A DNA stretch of 64,000 nucleotides from a virus. Below the pieces are notes generated by a model, which saw nothing but the letters and a program-made list of their open reading frames with translations, made no database searches and was not told where the DNA came from. The translations under genes were made by a program, and so were the position numbers. Shown here piece after piece: positions 1 to 9,722 of the stretch (its first letter is position 1; every line of letters starts with the position of its first letter). The DNA is taken from positions 1 through 64,000 of IMG/VR virus record IMGVR_UViG_3300025117_000042. One strand, written 5' to 3'.

Positions 1-308
1 AGAGAGGACCGATCTGAATTGTGTTCATCAGGGAAACTGGCGTTGCATCCTCTGTGACGGAGATGAAGATGTAATAGAATGTTTTTTCTGTGGTAAACAG
101 CTGTTGGTACGTTGTAACTTCGATGACGAATATGCATAGAAAGGGGTATGTATGAGAGAGACACTAGAGTTATATGAAGAGCTTTTGGGTGGGTTTTTCT
201 GTAGTAGGGTGCATTGCAGCGGCCATGATTTCAGAGCCTGTACTGGTTTGGAGGAGATGTTGCTATTAGAAACAATGACCGATAACAAGGTCATGGAGGA
301 TTGAAGCT

Positions 309-497
309 ATGACTGCAATACAAGGTTCGATCCTGGGCTTGGTTAAAGATCTGGTATCGGATCTTTTATATTATAATAGAAAGGAGGATGAAGATATTCC
401 TGTAGGCCGAATAGAAGAAGCAATCAAAAACGGGGATATAACTGTTAAGGAGATAGTAGACGTTTTTGAACGAGAGCTGAGGGAGGCTGTGAAGTGA
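309..497 (+). CDS. hypothetical phage protein
   Basis: 62-aa ORF with GGAGG upstream; overlaps next ORF by GTGA. Confidence 0.6.
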   Translation: MTAIQGSILGLVKDLVSDLLYYNRKEDEDIPVGRIEEAIKNGDITVKEIVDVFERELREAVK

Positions 498-787
498 ATT
501 ACACCGGGATCTGCATATGGGGTCATAAAGAAGGCGAGATGCTATCATGCATTGGGCCTGTGTATGAATACAATGCATTAGAACCTATAAAGCCTCAACC
601 TATAGCTTGTAAAGCAAGTGAAGTTAGAATAACTCCAGAAGTTTATTACACAAGGTTCTATTATTACTTTTATAAAGGCTTTTGGGTTCATAGTTCGCAT
701 GCTAGAGCACCTGAAGATGAGATTATGAGCCGCATTAACGATCTAATACAAAAAGGAGTGGAATACGAAAAGGAGTATGATTTATGA
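494..787 (+). CDS. hypothetical protein
   Basis: 97-aa ORF translationally coupled to both neighbours. Confidence 0.55.
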   Translation: MNYTGICIWGHKEGEMLSCIGPVYEYNALEPIKPQPIACKASEVRITPEVYYTRFYYYFYKGFWVHSSHARAPEDEIMSRINDLIQKGVEYEKEYDL

Positions 788-1071
788 CAATACATGATCT
801 AAAGATAGATTTAAAAGAACATTATTCTTTAAGGGATGGAACTAAACGGTTCGAAATACGCAAGAATGATCGTAACTTTCAGGCAGGAGATATATTACAC
901 CTGAAAGCTACCTTGTATACTGGTGCTGAGATGGCAGAAGGTAAGCCTCTGCAATATACCGGCGAAGAGATGCTGGTAAAGGTTTCACAGATTATACACG
1001 GCCCGATTTATGGGCTTGCGGAGGGTTGGTGCATAATGTCTGTCATAGTGCTTACAGTCTCATTACCATAA
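784..1071 (+). CDS. DUF3850 / ASCH-PUA-like domain protein
   Basis: HDLKI...GTKRFEIRKNDRNFQAGDILHL...YTG...GL.EGWCIMS matches the DUF3850 pattern. Confidence 0.85.
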   Translation: MTIHDLKIDLKEHYSLRDGTKRFEIRKNDRNFQAGDILHLKATLYTGAEMAEGKPLQYTGEEMLVKVSQIIHGPIYGLAEGWCIMSVIVLTVSLP

Positions 1072-1091
1072 TATAAAAAAGGAGCATAAAT

Positions 1092-1256
1092 ATGGGAGCA
1101 GCTAAAAAGTGGTTTACAACAACTTGTAAGATCCACGGTGATGCACCAAAGGGTCAACCGTTCAAAGAGGTAAAAGTGCCTGAGCCTACCGGGAAGAGCC
1201 TGGGACGGCATCGTACTGAATGTCCTTACTGTAAAGGCGATAAGGAGAAGAAATAG
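1092..1256 (+). CDS. small hypothetical protein with CxxH/CxxC (54 aa, below ORF-track cutoff)
   Basis: AAGGAG RBS; own translation MGAAKKWFTTTCKIH...ECPYCKGDKEKK. Confidence 0.5.
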   Translation: MGAAKKWFTTTCKIHGDAPKGQPFKEVKVPEPTGKSLGRHRTECPYCKGDKEKK

Positions 1257-1453
1257 TGCAACTTGATATTAGAGAAGCCAGGGACAAGGCGATTTCTACG
1301 TTGAGCAACTTTAACTCCTGTACTGAGTTGCTCTAGCTTATACCTGCATACTTCTGTGCGATATCGTTAGCGAATTGGAGCACAGGTTATCTGTTTTGGA
1401 GGGTAGGCTCGAAAATATCGAATAACGGGGATATACCATACCAGGGGGTACAA

Positions 1454-1795
1454 ATGGGAATTATATTAGCAATCAAAGATCGGTTTCACCTGAACAAAGG
1501 CGGCAAGGAAATCAGGAGTGATGAGTTCAAAAACATGGAAGAGTTCTTGGCATGGTGTACACGACATGGCGCATCTTGTGGAGAGCTTAAGGTTGTAGAG
1601 CCTAGAATTGTATTAAAAAAAGTCGAGCCTGACAATTATATGTGCGAAATAAAAAGTTGTTTAGGTGATGCTATGTTTCATTTGTCTGATGTTAAGGATG
1701 GGTTAGGTGAAGGTTTCCTATGTGAATCTTGCTTGGAGGAATGGAAAGCAGAGCATCCTGAAGTAATACTGGAGGAAGTAAATGGCGAGAGCTGA
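1454..1795 (+). CDS. hypothetical protein with Cys-rich C-terminus
   Basis: AGGGGG RBS; CEIKSC and CESC. Confidence 0.55.
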   Translation: MGIILAIKDRFHLNKGGKEIRSDEFKNMEEFLAWCTRHGASCGELKVVEPRIVLKKVEPDNYMCEIKSCLGDAMFHLSDVKDGLGEGFLCESCLEEWKAEHPEVILEEVNGES

Positions 1796-2090
1796 GAGAG
1801 ATTTCAAGGTAATACTGACACTGACTGAAGAGGAAGCAAGAGAAGTGTACTTAAATATGAGGTCAAACGTATGGCCGAATCACTGTAAAGAAGTGAGAGA
1901 GGCTATTAGTAAGGTTTTAGGGTACACTCCTCAAGACGATGGTGATGGTTACTTCTAAGAGGTGATGTATGACAACTATATTAGTAATATTCTGTTTATT
2001 TGTAGGGGCGATCATTGCTTTACAGTTCGTTCCGAGTCTGCTTCTTTTCAGTGCTATGGTGAGAGGCTTTTTTAAAAGGAGTAAACGAGC

Positions 2091-2291
2091 ATGAAGCATC
2101 TATTAACAATACTTATCATGGCTGTAATGTTTCAACCTGTCACAACAGTAAAGAAACGGATAGCTCCTCCAAAGAACCTTACAGTCACGCCTTCCGCAAC
2201 AGCAGTATATAATAATACAAAACAACCAGAATCATGGAATAAGCAACAGATCAAGAAAGAACAGCAGCTCAAGGCATTACGGGGTAAGTAA
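2091..2291 (+). CDS. hypothetical protein with N-terminal hydrophobic segment
   Basis: AAGGAG RBS; MKHLLTILIMAVMF. Confidence 0.5.
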   Translation: MKHLLTILIMAVMFQPVTTVKKRIAPPKNLTVTPSATAVYNNTKQPESWNKQQIKKEQQLKALRGK

Positions 2292-2548
2292 TGGTCGGCA
2301 AACACAAGCTGTACATAGTGCATGACGATCAGTACATCCTGGTTGGGGAATGTGCTCCTGAAGACCTGCAAATTAAGGTTATAGGGACTGTAGTAGAGAG
2401 TTACCCTGTCATCTCTGGTGATATCGTCATTGCGGGATGTGCTAATTTCGAGCTGAGGCAGGAAGAAAAGCCTAGCAAGCATCAGTACAGAGAGCTTATG
2501 CAGGATATGTATAATAAAAAGAATAAGGGAAAGAAAAGGAGGAAATAG
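2291..2548 (+). CDS. hypothetical protein
   Basis: TAATG coupling with upstream ORF. Confidence 0.5.
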   Translation: MVGKHKLYIVHDDQYILVGECAPEDLQIKVIGTVVESYPVISGDIVIAGCANFELRQEEKPSKHQYRELMQDMYNKKNKGKKRRK

Positions 2549-3237
2549 TGGTGGATAGCTTAGGTGATCGGATGAAGCTGTTTTATGAAGATCGGAGCAG
2601 GTACAAGCTAACCCGTAGAGTGCCAGTAATCATGCGGCTTGATGGGAGAGCTTTCCATACTTTGTTGCGAGTAGCACGTAAGCCTTATGACATGGGTGTA
2701 ATTTACGCTATGCAGGATACAGCCATGCATCTGATTGAGCAGATCCAGGGCGCAAAGTGTGCCTATGTGCAATCTGATGAGATAAGTATTCTAATAACAG
2801 ACTATGACAAACTCAGTACTGAGGCATGGTTCGATTACAACATTCAAAAGATGTGCTCTATAGCAGCATCTATGGCTTCTGTGTATTTCACTCAGCACTA
2901 CAGAGAGGATGCTAATTTTGATTGCAGGGTGTTTAATATACCAAAGGAAGAGGTAATCAACTATTTCAGGTGGCGATATAAGGATTGGCTCAGGAATAGC
3001 CTACAGATGCTTGCTCAGAGTCTGTATAGCCACAGAGAGCTACATGGTCAGAAAGCTGCATCTCTGCATGACATGTGTATGGCAGTAGGTCATAACTGGA
3101 ATGATGAAAAACCAGTGTGTAAGAACGGTTCTTTTATTACAAAACAACTTGATGTACTGACTGACTTTAACCTGATGGATCTTTTAGATCCTACCAATTC
3201 GATCTTAACTAGCGCACTGTATACCGTCGAGGACTGA
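2548..3237 (+). CDS. tRNA(His) guanylyltransferase Thg1-like (3'-5' polymerase)
   Basis: MRLDGRAFHT, YVQSDEISI, FDYNIQKMCS, FDCRVFNIP, NYFRWR..D..RNS are Thg1/TLP motifs. Confidence 0.92.
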   Translation: MVDSLGDRMKLFYEDRSRYKLTRRVPVIMRLDGRAFHTLLRVARKPYDMGVIYAMQDTAMHLIEQIQGAKCAYVQSDEISILITDYDKLSTEAWFDYNIQKMCSIAASMASVYFTQHYREDANFDCRVFNIPKEEVINYFRWRYKDWLRNSLQMLAQSLYSHRELHGQKAASLHDMCMAVGHNWNDEKPVCKNGSFITKQLDVLTDFNLMDLLDPTNSILTSALYTVED

Positions 3238-3239
3238 TA

Positions 3240-3530
3240 ATGGATAGAGAGCAATTGCTATTAGGTAAACTTGCTGAAGAGTGCAATGAAGTAGCTCAAC
3301 GTGCTCTGAAAGCTCAGCAGTTTGGCCGGGACGAAATTCAACCTGGACAGGAGTTCAACAACAGATATAGACTGGAGCGTGAATTCAATGATCTATTAGC
3401 AATAGTGGAAATGTTGAATGATGATTTTGGTTATGACTTAACTCCTGACATATGGGCGATCAAAGCGAAGATAACAAAAGTAAATAAGTATGCCAAACTG
3501 TCTATTAAATTAGGTAAGGTGCGCCCATGA
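3240..3530 (+). CDS. MazG-like NTP pyrophosphohydrolase
   Basis: KLAEECNEVAQ..K...FG...LEREFNDL acidic helical motif. Confidence 0.7.
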   Translation: MDREQLLLGKLAEECNEVAQRALKAQQFGRDEIQPGQEFNNRYRLEREFNDLLAIVEMLNDDFGYDLTPDIWAIKAKITKVNKYAKLSIKLGKVRP

Positions 3531-3910
3531 ACGAGGAACAAGGTGGAATGCTGAAAAGCTCATGTTGGGTAGCTGCATACACTATGCAACCACCTTTGAC
3601 CGATGAGCAGCACGAAGAAGTAGATGGATTGCGAAGGATCATGTTATCAGCACCTGGGGAGCCTCAGCCTTGCGTAAACTGTCCTAACGAGGTATGGGTA
3701 TGGTGTGCTTTCCAGGGTAATGAGTGCGAGGATTTTGTGGATTTTGCGGATTTCCAGGCATATAAGGGAAAGCTTGATAACCCAATTCCTGAAGGTATGC
3801 GGGAGGTTACGTCCTGGGAGCTGATAAAGTTTGGTATACAAGGATGTATTAGACAATTTTTTGATAAGATATTGGGTAAAAAGGGGGATAAAGGTAATAG
3901 AAGGAAGTAA
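3527..3910 (+). CDS. hypothetical protein
   Basis: ATGA overlap with upstream ORF; CVNC..C..C. Confidence 0.5.
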   Translation: MNEEQGGMLKSSCWVAAYTMQPPLTDEQHEEVDGLRRIMLSAPGEPQPCVNCPNEVWVWCAFQGNECEDFVDFADFQAYKGKLDNPIPEGMREVTSWELIKFGIQGCIRQFFDKILGKKGDKGNRRK

Positions 3911-3918
3911 ATCGCCAC

Positions 3919-4407
3919 ATGGGGGTAATTGGAATGGATAACGAATATAAAGAGCAGGGTTTGAGTATGCTTAATCCTGAAAGCAAGCCTAAAGCGGATA
4001 TACCACCTCCTTCAGAATGGAAAGTAGGTTGGTATATCGACAGTAATTCAATACTGCGGGATGCTTTTAAACATCCGATCAGGTTTTGCAAAAGCTGTGG
4101 TGAGTTTAAGCCGGTCATTGGCCTGGGCCTGTGCAGCAAGTGCTATGGCAAGCAACACGCACGACCACGTAAAGCAGCCAAGAAAGCAGTAGCAAAGAAA
4201 GAGGTTAAGAAGACAACAAAGCAGAGAATGGAGGTTGAGGTTCCTGATACTATGGCAAAGCCAACTGAGCCAAAGCCTCGTATTGCTTTGGTAGCAGAGA
4301 ACTACCAGCTACGAGGGGTTATGTTGGCTGTTGTAGACTTCTTCCATGATCGACTTGAAGCAGAGGATCTAATAGCACTTATGAAGGGGATAGGCTATGA
4401 AGTATGA
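3919..4407 (+). CDS. hypothetical Zn-finger protein with Lys/Ala-rich segment
   Basis: CKSC...GLCSKCY followed by KAAKKAVAKKEVKK. Confidence 0.6.
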   Translation: MGVIGMDNEYKEQGLSMLNPESKPKADIPPPSEWKVGWYIDSNSILRDAFKHPIRFCKSCGEFKPVIGLGLCSKCYGKQHARPRKAAKKAVAKKEVKKTTKQRMEVEVPDTMAKPTEPKPRIALVAENYQLRGVMLAVVDFFHDRLEAEDLIALMKGIGYEV

Positions 4408-4612
4408 ATATGAGCGTTGTTTAGTATGTAATAGAGAGTTGCATTCAGATAGTGCCAGAACACTAGGGATGGGGGGAACATGTGCATCAAATACTCTGTT
4501 GCGTGGTTTGCCTCTGTATGCCAGGGAGCATGCTGCTGAGGAGTACCGGATCATAAGACTGAGAGAGCAGAAGGAGAAGTTGCAAAGACGGCTTAAAGCC
4601 AGAAAGGGCTAA
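4397..4612 (+). CDS. DUF6011-like Zn-finger protein
   Basis: CLVCNREL...S...GMGGTCA. Confidence 0.65.
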   Translation: MKYEYERCLVCNRELHSDSARTLGMGGTCASNTLLRGLPLYAREHAAEEYRIIRLREQKEKLQRRLKARKG

Positions 4613-4616
4613 AGTC

Positions 4617-4847
4617 ATGTTACGCAAGCTAAGTGAAGAAGAGCTTAAGCGGATAGAGTCTGGTACTGCGGTAGCTATTGTATTAGACGTGGATCAAGCA
4701 CTTCAGATAGCTTATCAGCTGAAACAAGGAGAATGTGGCTGTGCTGAAGGTTTTAGAGAGCTATTGTTGGAAGCTTTCTTTAACAAGAAAGAAGATCCTG
4801 TTGATTATTGTGAGTTACATCTACCTTTCAGAGAGGAGCTGACATGA
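4617..4847 (+). CDS. hypothetical protein
   Basis: 76-aa ORF in dense operon. Confidence 0.5.
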   Translation: MLRKLSEEELKRIESGTAVAIVLDVDQALQIAYQLKQGECGCAEGFRELLLEAFFNKKEDPVDYCELHLPFREELT

Positions 4848-5116
4848 TGGAACGAGCTGCTAAATACGTGATGAACGGAAAAAGACAAACACGTAACGTG
4901 GAAGCAATGATCTTGGGTCTGAAGGTAGCAGCAGAGCACATGAAATTTGGGCTGGCAACCAAAGGCTTTATAATAGAGTCTTTGAAAGGAGATGCAGTGG
5001 TATTGGATCTGTCAGATAGTCAACTAGATCCTAGCTCTATGTCAGGTCGAGCTATGGTAAAGCTGGGTTATACGTTGAATGATGATGGGTTTTGGGAGTG
5101 GAGACTGACTGAATAA
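4844..5116 (+). CDS. hypothetical protein
   Basis: GAGGAG RBS, ATGA overlap. Confidence 0.55.
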   Translation: MMERAAKYVMNGKRQTRNVEAMILGLKVAAEHMKFGLATKGFIIESLKGDAVVLDLSDSQLDPSSMSGRAMVKLGYTLNDDGFWEWRLTE

Positions 5117-5124
5117 CCGCTTTG

Positions 5125-5198
5125 CCCCTTTGATGTGGCGTATTGATGTAGGTGAAAGTCCTACACAATTCCCGTAACGGGACGGAGGGGCTTTTTTA
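5125..5198 (+). ncRNA. candidate structured RNA (multi-stem, T-loop-like hairpin, U-tail)
   Basis: closing stem GCCCCTT/GAGGGGC encloses TGTAGG-TGAAAGT-CCTACA and TCCCG-TAA-CGGGA; followed by TTTTTT. Confidence 0.4.
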
Positions 5199-5290
5199 AC
5201 ATCTTAACGGGCGGGAGAAATGGGATGGTTTAGAAAATCTTTATAACTCTAAAACCTTATACCTCACCTGCCTGTTAAAAAATAAAAATG

Positions 5291-5332
5291 CAAAAAGCCT
5301 CTATTAAATAACTTTAGAGGCTTTTCTTTTGC
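5291..5332. terminator. intrinsic terminator, possibly bidirectional
   Basis: AAAAGCCTCTA...TAGAGGCTTTTCTTTT. Confidence 0.6.
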
Positions 5333-5367
5333 AAAAAAGGTGATAAACCTTATATGGGAGGTGAGAT

Positions 5368-5874
5368 ATGAAACGAACATTGGTAACGAGTGATCCACAT
5401 TTAGGCCATGAGAGAGCCGCATTTCATAGGGGTTTCGATACCGTGGAGGAGCACGACGAGCTTATCATCTTTAACTGGAACCGAAAAGCACGTCCTACCG
5501 ATACCGTATACCTGCTGGGGGATGCTGTGTTTAGGCAGTCTACAGCTCTTAGTCTATTAGGTAGATTGAATGGGATCAAAAATCTTATCCTGGGAAACCA
5601 TGAGCATCATGATATTAGCAAATATCTGCCATACTTCCGCAAGATCATGGCAATGGTGATCTATAAAGAGCGATACATCTTCACGCATGTTCCTGTGCAT
5701 CCCTCACAGTTTAATAGATTTGTCGGATTGGTAAATGTACATGGTCATATCCATAAAGGCCAGGATGAATTGTACATCCACGATAAACGATATTTCAACG
5801 TCAATATGGATTTTCACAATCTGACTCCTCTGTATATTGAGGAGTTGGATCAACTTATCAAGGAGAGAGTATGA
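5368..5874 (+). CDS. calcineurin-like metallophosphoesterase
   Basis: SDPHLGH, LGD, GNHE, THVP, HGHIH. Confidence 0.9.
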   Translation: MKRTLVTSDPHLGHERAAFHRGFDTVEEHDELIIFNWNRKARPTDTVYLLGDAVFRQSTALSLLGRLNGIKNLILGNHEHHDISKYLPYFRKIMAMVIYKERYIFTHVPVHPSQFNRFVGLVNVHGHIHKGQDELYIHDKRYFNVNMDFHNLTPLYIEELDQLIKERV

Positions 5875-6827
5875 AAAATCGCATGTTAGTAAAGATGATC
5901 TTTGGTTCTCATCTGTATGGTACAGAGACACCGACAAGCGATCAGGATTTTAAAGGTGTGGCGCTTCCTACCTGGGAACAGGTAGTTTTAGGCCGAATAG
6001 GAAAGCATATAGAGCACTCATCAACAGGGTCTGCTAATAGTAGAAATACAGCTGAAGATGTGGATGTGGAGATATTCACTCTGCATAACTTTATCAAATT
6101 GGCTCTGGAAGGACAAACAGTGGCTTTTGACATGTTACATGCCCCACTTAACAAGCTAATATGGTCTGATTTCATATGGTTCGATCTAGTGTCTAATAGA
6201 GAAAAGTTCTATAGCAAGAATATAAACTCCTTCATTGGCTATGCAGTAGGACAAGCGGCTAAGTACGGGATCAAGGGAAGTAGGTTGAATGCTGCAAAGT
6301 CTGTACTGGAGTGGTTTGAGGGACGGCTGCTTGATTCTAAGCTGATGGATAATGATCTGAGTACCTTTCCTTTCGGGGAGCATGTCAGGTATCTGGAGCC
6401 TGAAGCACCGTTAGGTCAGAGACAGATAGATATATGTGGTAAGCGTATACAGCTTACTACCAAGATCGGTTATGCTGCTTCTATAATAGATCTGTTTTAT
6501 AGAAATTATGGAGAACGAGCTAAACAGGCGGCTAATGACCAGGGGATAGATTGGAAAGCGATTAGCCATGCATTTAGAGCTGCATACCAAATGAAAGAGT
6601 TGTATGCAGAAGGTACTATCACATTTCCTCGTCCTGAAGCTGAAATTTTACGTCACATAAAGACGGGTCAATGTCACTATGTTGATGTTGCTCCTATGCT
6701 GGAAGATCTATTAGATGAGGTTAGGGAGTTGAAAGATAAATCTTCTTTTCCAGAAAAACCGGATCATAAGTTTTGGGATGGGTTCTTGATGGAAGTGATT
6801 GAAAAGCATCTTACACCTGGGAGGTAA
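5871..6827 (+). CDS. Pol-beta superfamily nucleotidyltransferase (T4 NrdC.11-like)
   Basis: FGSHLYGTETPTSDQDFKGV, GYAVGQAAKYGIKGSR, DWKAISHAFR. Confidence 0.85.
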   Translation: MKNRMLVKMIFGSHLYGTETPTSDQDFKGVALPTWEQVVLGRIGKHIEHSSTGSANSRNTAEDVDVEIFTLHNFIKLALEGQTVAFDMLHAPLNKLIWSDFIWFDLVSNREKFYSKNINSFIGYAVGQAAKYGIKGSRLNAAKSVLEWFEGRLLDSKLMDNDLSTFPFGEHVRYLEPEAPLGQRQIDICGKRIQLTTKIGYAASIIDLFYRNYGERAKQAANDQGIDWKAISHAFRAAYQMKELYAEGTITFPRPEAEILRHIKTGQCHYVDVAPMLEDLLDEVRELKDKSSFPEKPDHKFWDGFLMEVIEKHLTPGR

Positions 6828-6830
6828 CGC

Positions 6831-7028
6831 ATGTTCAAACGTAGGTTCCTGCGATTCCGTATTGTAAATAACACTACCGATCACGGCTTTAGGATCGGGG
6901 AGATGGTAACAGTCGAGGCCAGGAATGGATGGACTGTAGCCAAGGCTTATTCACAAGAGGGGAAGAGTTGGTGGGTTAACAGAAATGATGTACATCTGGT
7001 GGGAGAGCTACATGAAGATGAATCCTAA
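6831..7028 (+). CDS. small SH3-like hypothetical protein
   Basis: GGAGG RBS; HGFRIGEMVTV...WWVNRNDV. Confidence 0.5.
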   Translation: MFKRRFLRFRIVNNTTDHGFRIGEMVTVEARNGWTVAKAYSQEGKSWWVNRNDVHLVGELHEDES

Positions 7029-7257
7029 TGATCGGAAAGCGTTAAAGCTAATCGTGATAATGCTTATATTAGACATTCTATTCATTTTGGAGAGGGTATA
7101 TGGCGGTTAGTAAGCAGAAATACACCCTGGGACAAGCGGTAAAGAATGCTCAAGCTGCATGCCGGAAAATCCCATGTGCAGCGATCCAAAACGGTAGGCT
7201 CAAATGTCCGTTTTGTCCACATCTGGCTAAACTATTAAGGAAAGAAAAGGAGAAGAA

Positions 7258-7443
7258 ATGAACGATCTATTACAGGAGTTTGATCGACACATCAGGAGCT
7301 TGTTGGAGTTCAGAAGGCTAATGATCGGAATTATATATAATCAAATAAGTATATGCGGAGATGATACCGAGGCACATAGGTTGAGCATGGAGGGGGAGAT
7401 GGCCGATGCAGTCTGTGATTACTTCTTATGTGATTACGAGTAG
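7258..7443 (+). CDS. hypothetical protein
   Basis: AAGGAG RBS. Confidence 0.45.
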   Translation: MNDLLQEFDRHIRSLLEFRRLMIGIIYNQISICGDDTEAHRLSMEGEMADAVCDYFLCDYE

Positions 7444-7472
7444 TTACGGAGCAAAATAAATATATTATACAA

Positions 7473-7510
7473 CTTGACATGGTTTACCAGGGTGATATAC
7501 TTATATTAGA
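7473..7510 (+). promoter_or_regulatory. early sigma70/sigmaA-type promoter, copy 1
   Basis: cTTGACA-N16-TATACT with TG extension, then TATATTAGA. Confidence 0.8.
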
Positions 7511-7856
7511 TAAAGGGGAGGACAAGAGATGACACGGAAATTTGACGAAGAGCTTAACGAGTGGTACGAGGAGCGGCTGGTTTGCCGTCCTAATGGGCTT
7601 GTCATTGAGCGGTACTATGATGACGGCACTGTATGGCGCAACCATTCCCTGGTTCACACCAGAGCAATCAAAAGGAGCTAAACCATGAGAGAACGTAAAC
7701 ATCTGTGCGTATGTAATTTCAAGATGATGGAAGTACCTGATGGCTGGAAATGCCCTAACTGTGGGCGTGTAGAAGAGCTGTACGTCCAGCCTGTCCTGTA
7801 TGTAGAGGCATTTATTGATCCGACATAAGATTCGAACTTTTTTTGGAGCTAAAATC

Positions 7857-7889
7857 GGGGGCTTAAACCCTTGTTAAGCCTCTGCTTTT
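7857..7889 (+). terminator. putative intrinsic terminator
   Basis: GGGGCTTAA-N7-TTAAGCCTC then TGCTTTT. Confidence 0.5.
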
Positions 7890-7926
7890 ACCTGCAAAAT
7901 AGCTAAATAAAGGAAAGGAGATTTTT

Positions 7927-8118
7927 ATGACAAAATATAATAGAGACGATATTAAGGTTATGGATATTTCGCTGGCTATGGTAAGCGAAATTGAAGGTAT
8001 GGTGTATTACATGGATCATAAGCCTGAAGGTCTTGAAGACCTCCTTACTCAGGTTAATGACCTGTTGATGAAGGAGTCTATGGAGCCTTTTGAAGATGAG
8101 GAGGGAGAACAGGAGTAA
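7927..8118 (+). CDS. small acidic hypothetical protein
   Basis: AAAGGAG RBS; D/E-rich. Confidence 0.55.
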   Translation: MTKYNRDDIKVMDISLAMVSEIEGMVYYMDHKPEGLEDLLTQVNDLLMKESMEPFEDEEGEQE

Positions 8119-8214
8119 TTCTCATGTGTAAATGTGGTGCTCAAGCTCAGTGTATCTGTTGTAAAAGCTGTACGAGGTGTTGCCATTGTTTCGATAAAAT
8201 TATTTTCAAGTAGA

Positions 8215-8252
8215 CTTGCTATTAGACAATTACGCGATATACTTATATTAGA
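8215..8252 (+). promoter_or_regulatory. early promoter, copy 2
   Basis: cTTGCTA-N16-TATACT-TATATTAGA. Confidence 0.75.
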
Positions 8253-8264
8253 AAGGAGCAAGGC

Positions 8265-8450
8265 ATGAGGGCAATTGAAACTATTATGAGGGAAGGACGA
8301 GAGGTAGCTTACAGTGAGGACAAGCGTGAAGCTCAAGAAGCTCTGGAGCTTTTAGCTAAGCTGGAGCACAAAGTTCTCATGATGAATCGTCCTCCACGAG
8401 GATTCACAGATCATCTGTTTGCGATTCGAGACTTGCTGAAATCCATCTAA
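8265..8450 (+). CDS. hypothetical early protein
   Basis: directly after promoter; AAAGGAG RBS. Confidence 0.6.
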   Translation: MRAIETIMREGREVAYSEDKREAQEALELLAKLEHKVLMMNRPPRGFTDHLFAIRDLLKSI

Positions 8451-8467
8451 TAGAAAGGAGCTACGCA

Positions 8468-8674
8468 ATGAGACTCATGATAAACGGGGAACCTGCCGAA
8501 ATCGGTAAAACCTATACGAACTTCAGAGGCGAAAGCATGAAGCTCCTGAGCATCACCAAACCACATAAGCCGAGCAGTACTGGGAGAATTTATGTTGAGG
8601 AAGCAGACGGTTCACGGCATGAGTTCTTCCCTGGTGTGATTGATGGTGTATGGGAAGGAAGAACCGATCAATGA
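8468..8674 (+). CDS. hypothetical protein
   Basis: AAAGGAG RBS; PHKPSSTGRIYV...EFFPGV. Confidence 0.65.
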   Translation: MRLMINGEPAEIGKTYTNFRGESMKLLSITKPHKPSSTGRIYVEEADGSRHEFFPGVIDGVWEGRTDQ

Positions 8675-8952
8675 AACAGGTGAAATGCCAATGGTGTGGT
8701 AGGGTGGTAAGGCTTTCTAATAAAGGTGGATTGATGCCTCATCGTTCACCAGGAAATACATATTGTGTAGGTGGGGGGCAAAAGCCTATACAACACGGTA
8801 AGGGGGAGCAATGACCAGAAGCGATCAACAGGTTATCAAGCATGAGCTTACCAAGATCCGAGGCATGGTGTCTGAAATCAGGATCGGACGTTCACCGGAG
8901 AGCATCGAAGAGTATATTAATAAAGTCCTCGCTGGCTATGAAAGGATCTAAT

Positions 8953-9342
8953 ATGAAACGTTCCCTCGAAAAGACAGAGAAGGTGGTAGAGAAGGCCATT
9001 CAGCGGGTAAAGAAGACCGGTAAACCTGTGGTGGTAGCAAGGCAGAAACCAGAGGCAGCTGAGAAGAAAACCCGCAATCGTATCAGTGGCAAGGATGCTA
9101 TGGCGGCATTGAAGGGCATCGACTCCGATCTTACCTCTCCTCTTCCGGCGATCAGGGCAAAGTGTCTGGATTGTTGCGGGGGAGCTTACACTGAAGTAAC
9201 CCTATGTACAGCTGAACAGTGTCCTCTGTGGGCTTTTCGCCTGGGTAAAAACCCATTCCGTAAACCGAAAGTCATGTCTGATGAGCAGCGTGAAAATGCA
9301 GCTACAAGGTTGGCAGCTGCCAGGAAAGCAAAGGGTAAATAA
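8953..9342 (+). CDS. hypothetical protein with CLDCC...C...CPLW Cys motif
   Basis: start moved from 8842 to ATG 8953 (AAAGGA RBS); AIRAKCLDCCGG..EV..C....CPLW.FR.GKNP. Confidence 0.7.
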   Translation: MKRSLEKTEKVVEKAIQRVKKTGKPVVVARQKPEAAEKKTRNRISGKDAMAALKGIDSDLTSPLPAIRAKCLDCCGGAYTEVTLCTAEQCPLWAFRLGKNPFRKPKVMSDEQRENAATRLAAARKAKGK

Positions 9343-9508
9343 TGCTGATAATGTTTAGAAATAAGAATACTAAAGAGTATGTATTAGACTCAAGTAGATA
9401 CCTTGTTGACTTCAAAGGGACAGTATATTCTTTTGACTATGACATGGAGATACAGGAGGAGCTTGAAGCTGTGGTTGCTGTTTCAAGAGAGCGCAAGGGG
9501 GTGAAAAA

Positions 9509-9712
9509 ATGAAAAGCCACTTAATATCCTGTGGCAATTGTGGAGTTGTATTAGATACCAAGCGAATACCCAAACCCGATATTTGGAGCACAGGCGGTGT
9601 ATTAATAAGAGGTGAAGCAGCTTGGAATGATAATACTGGTAGATATGAACCTCTAATTGCTTGTCCTGTTTGCCGTACAGCCATTTTCTACGATACAGGT
9701 GATAGACAGTGA
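9509..9712 (+). CDS. Zn-ribbon protein
   Basis: CGNC ... CPVC. Confidence 0.6.
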   Translation: MKSHLISCGNCGVVLDTKRIPKPDIWSTGGVLIRGEAAWNDNTGRYEPLIACPVCRTAIFYDTGDRQ

Positions 9713-9722
9713 AGGAGGTACT

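Noticed and set aside
5125-5198. tRNA or hammerhead ribozyme
   Set aside because: No cloverleaf or anticodon arm; TGATG and GAAA are present but not in CUGAUGA...GAAA-UH geometry
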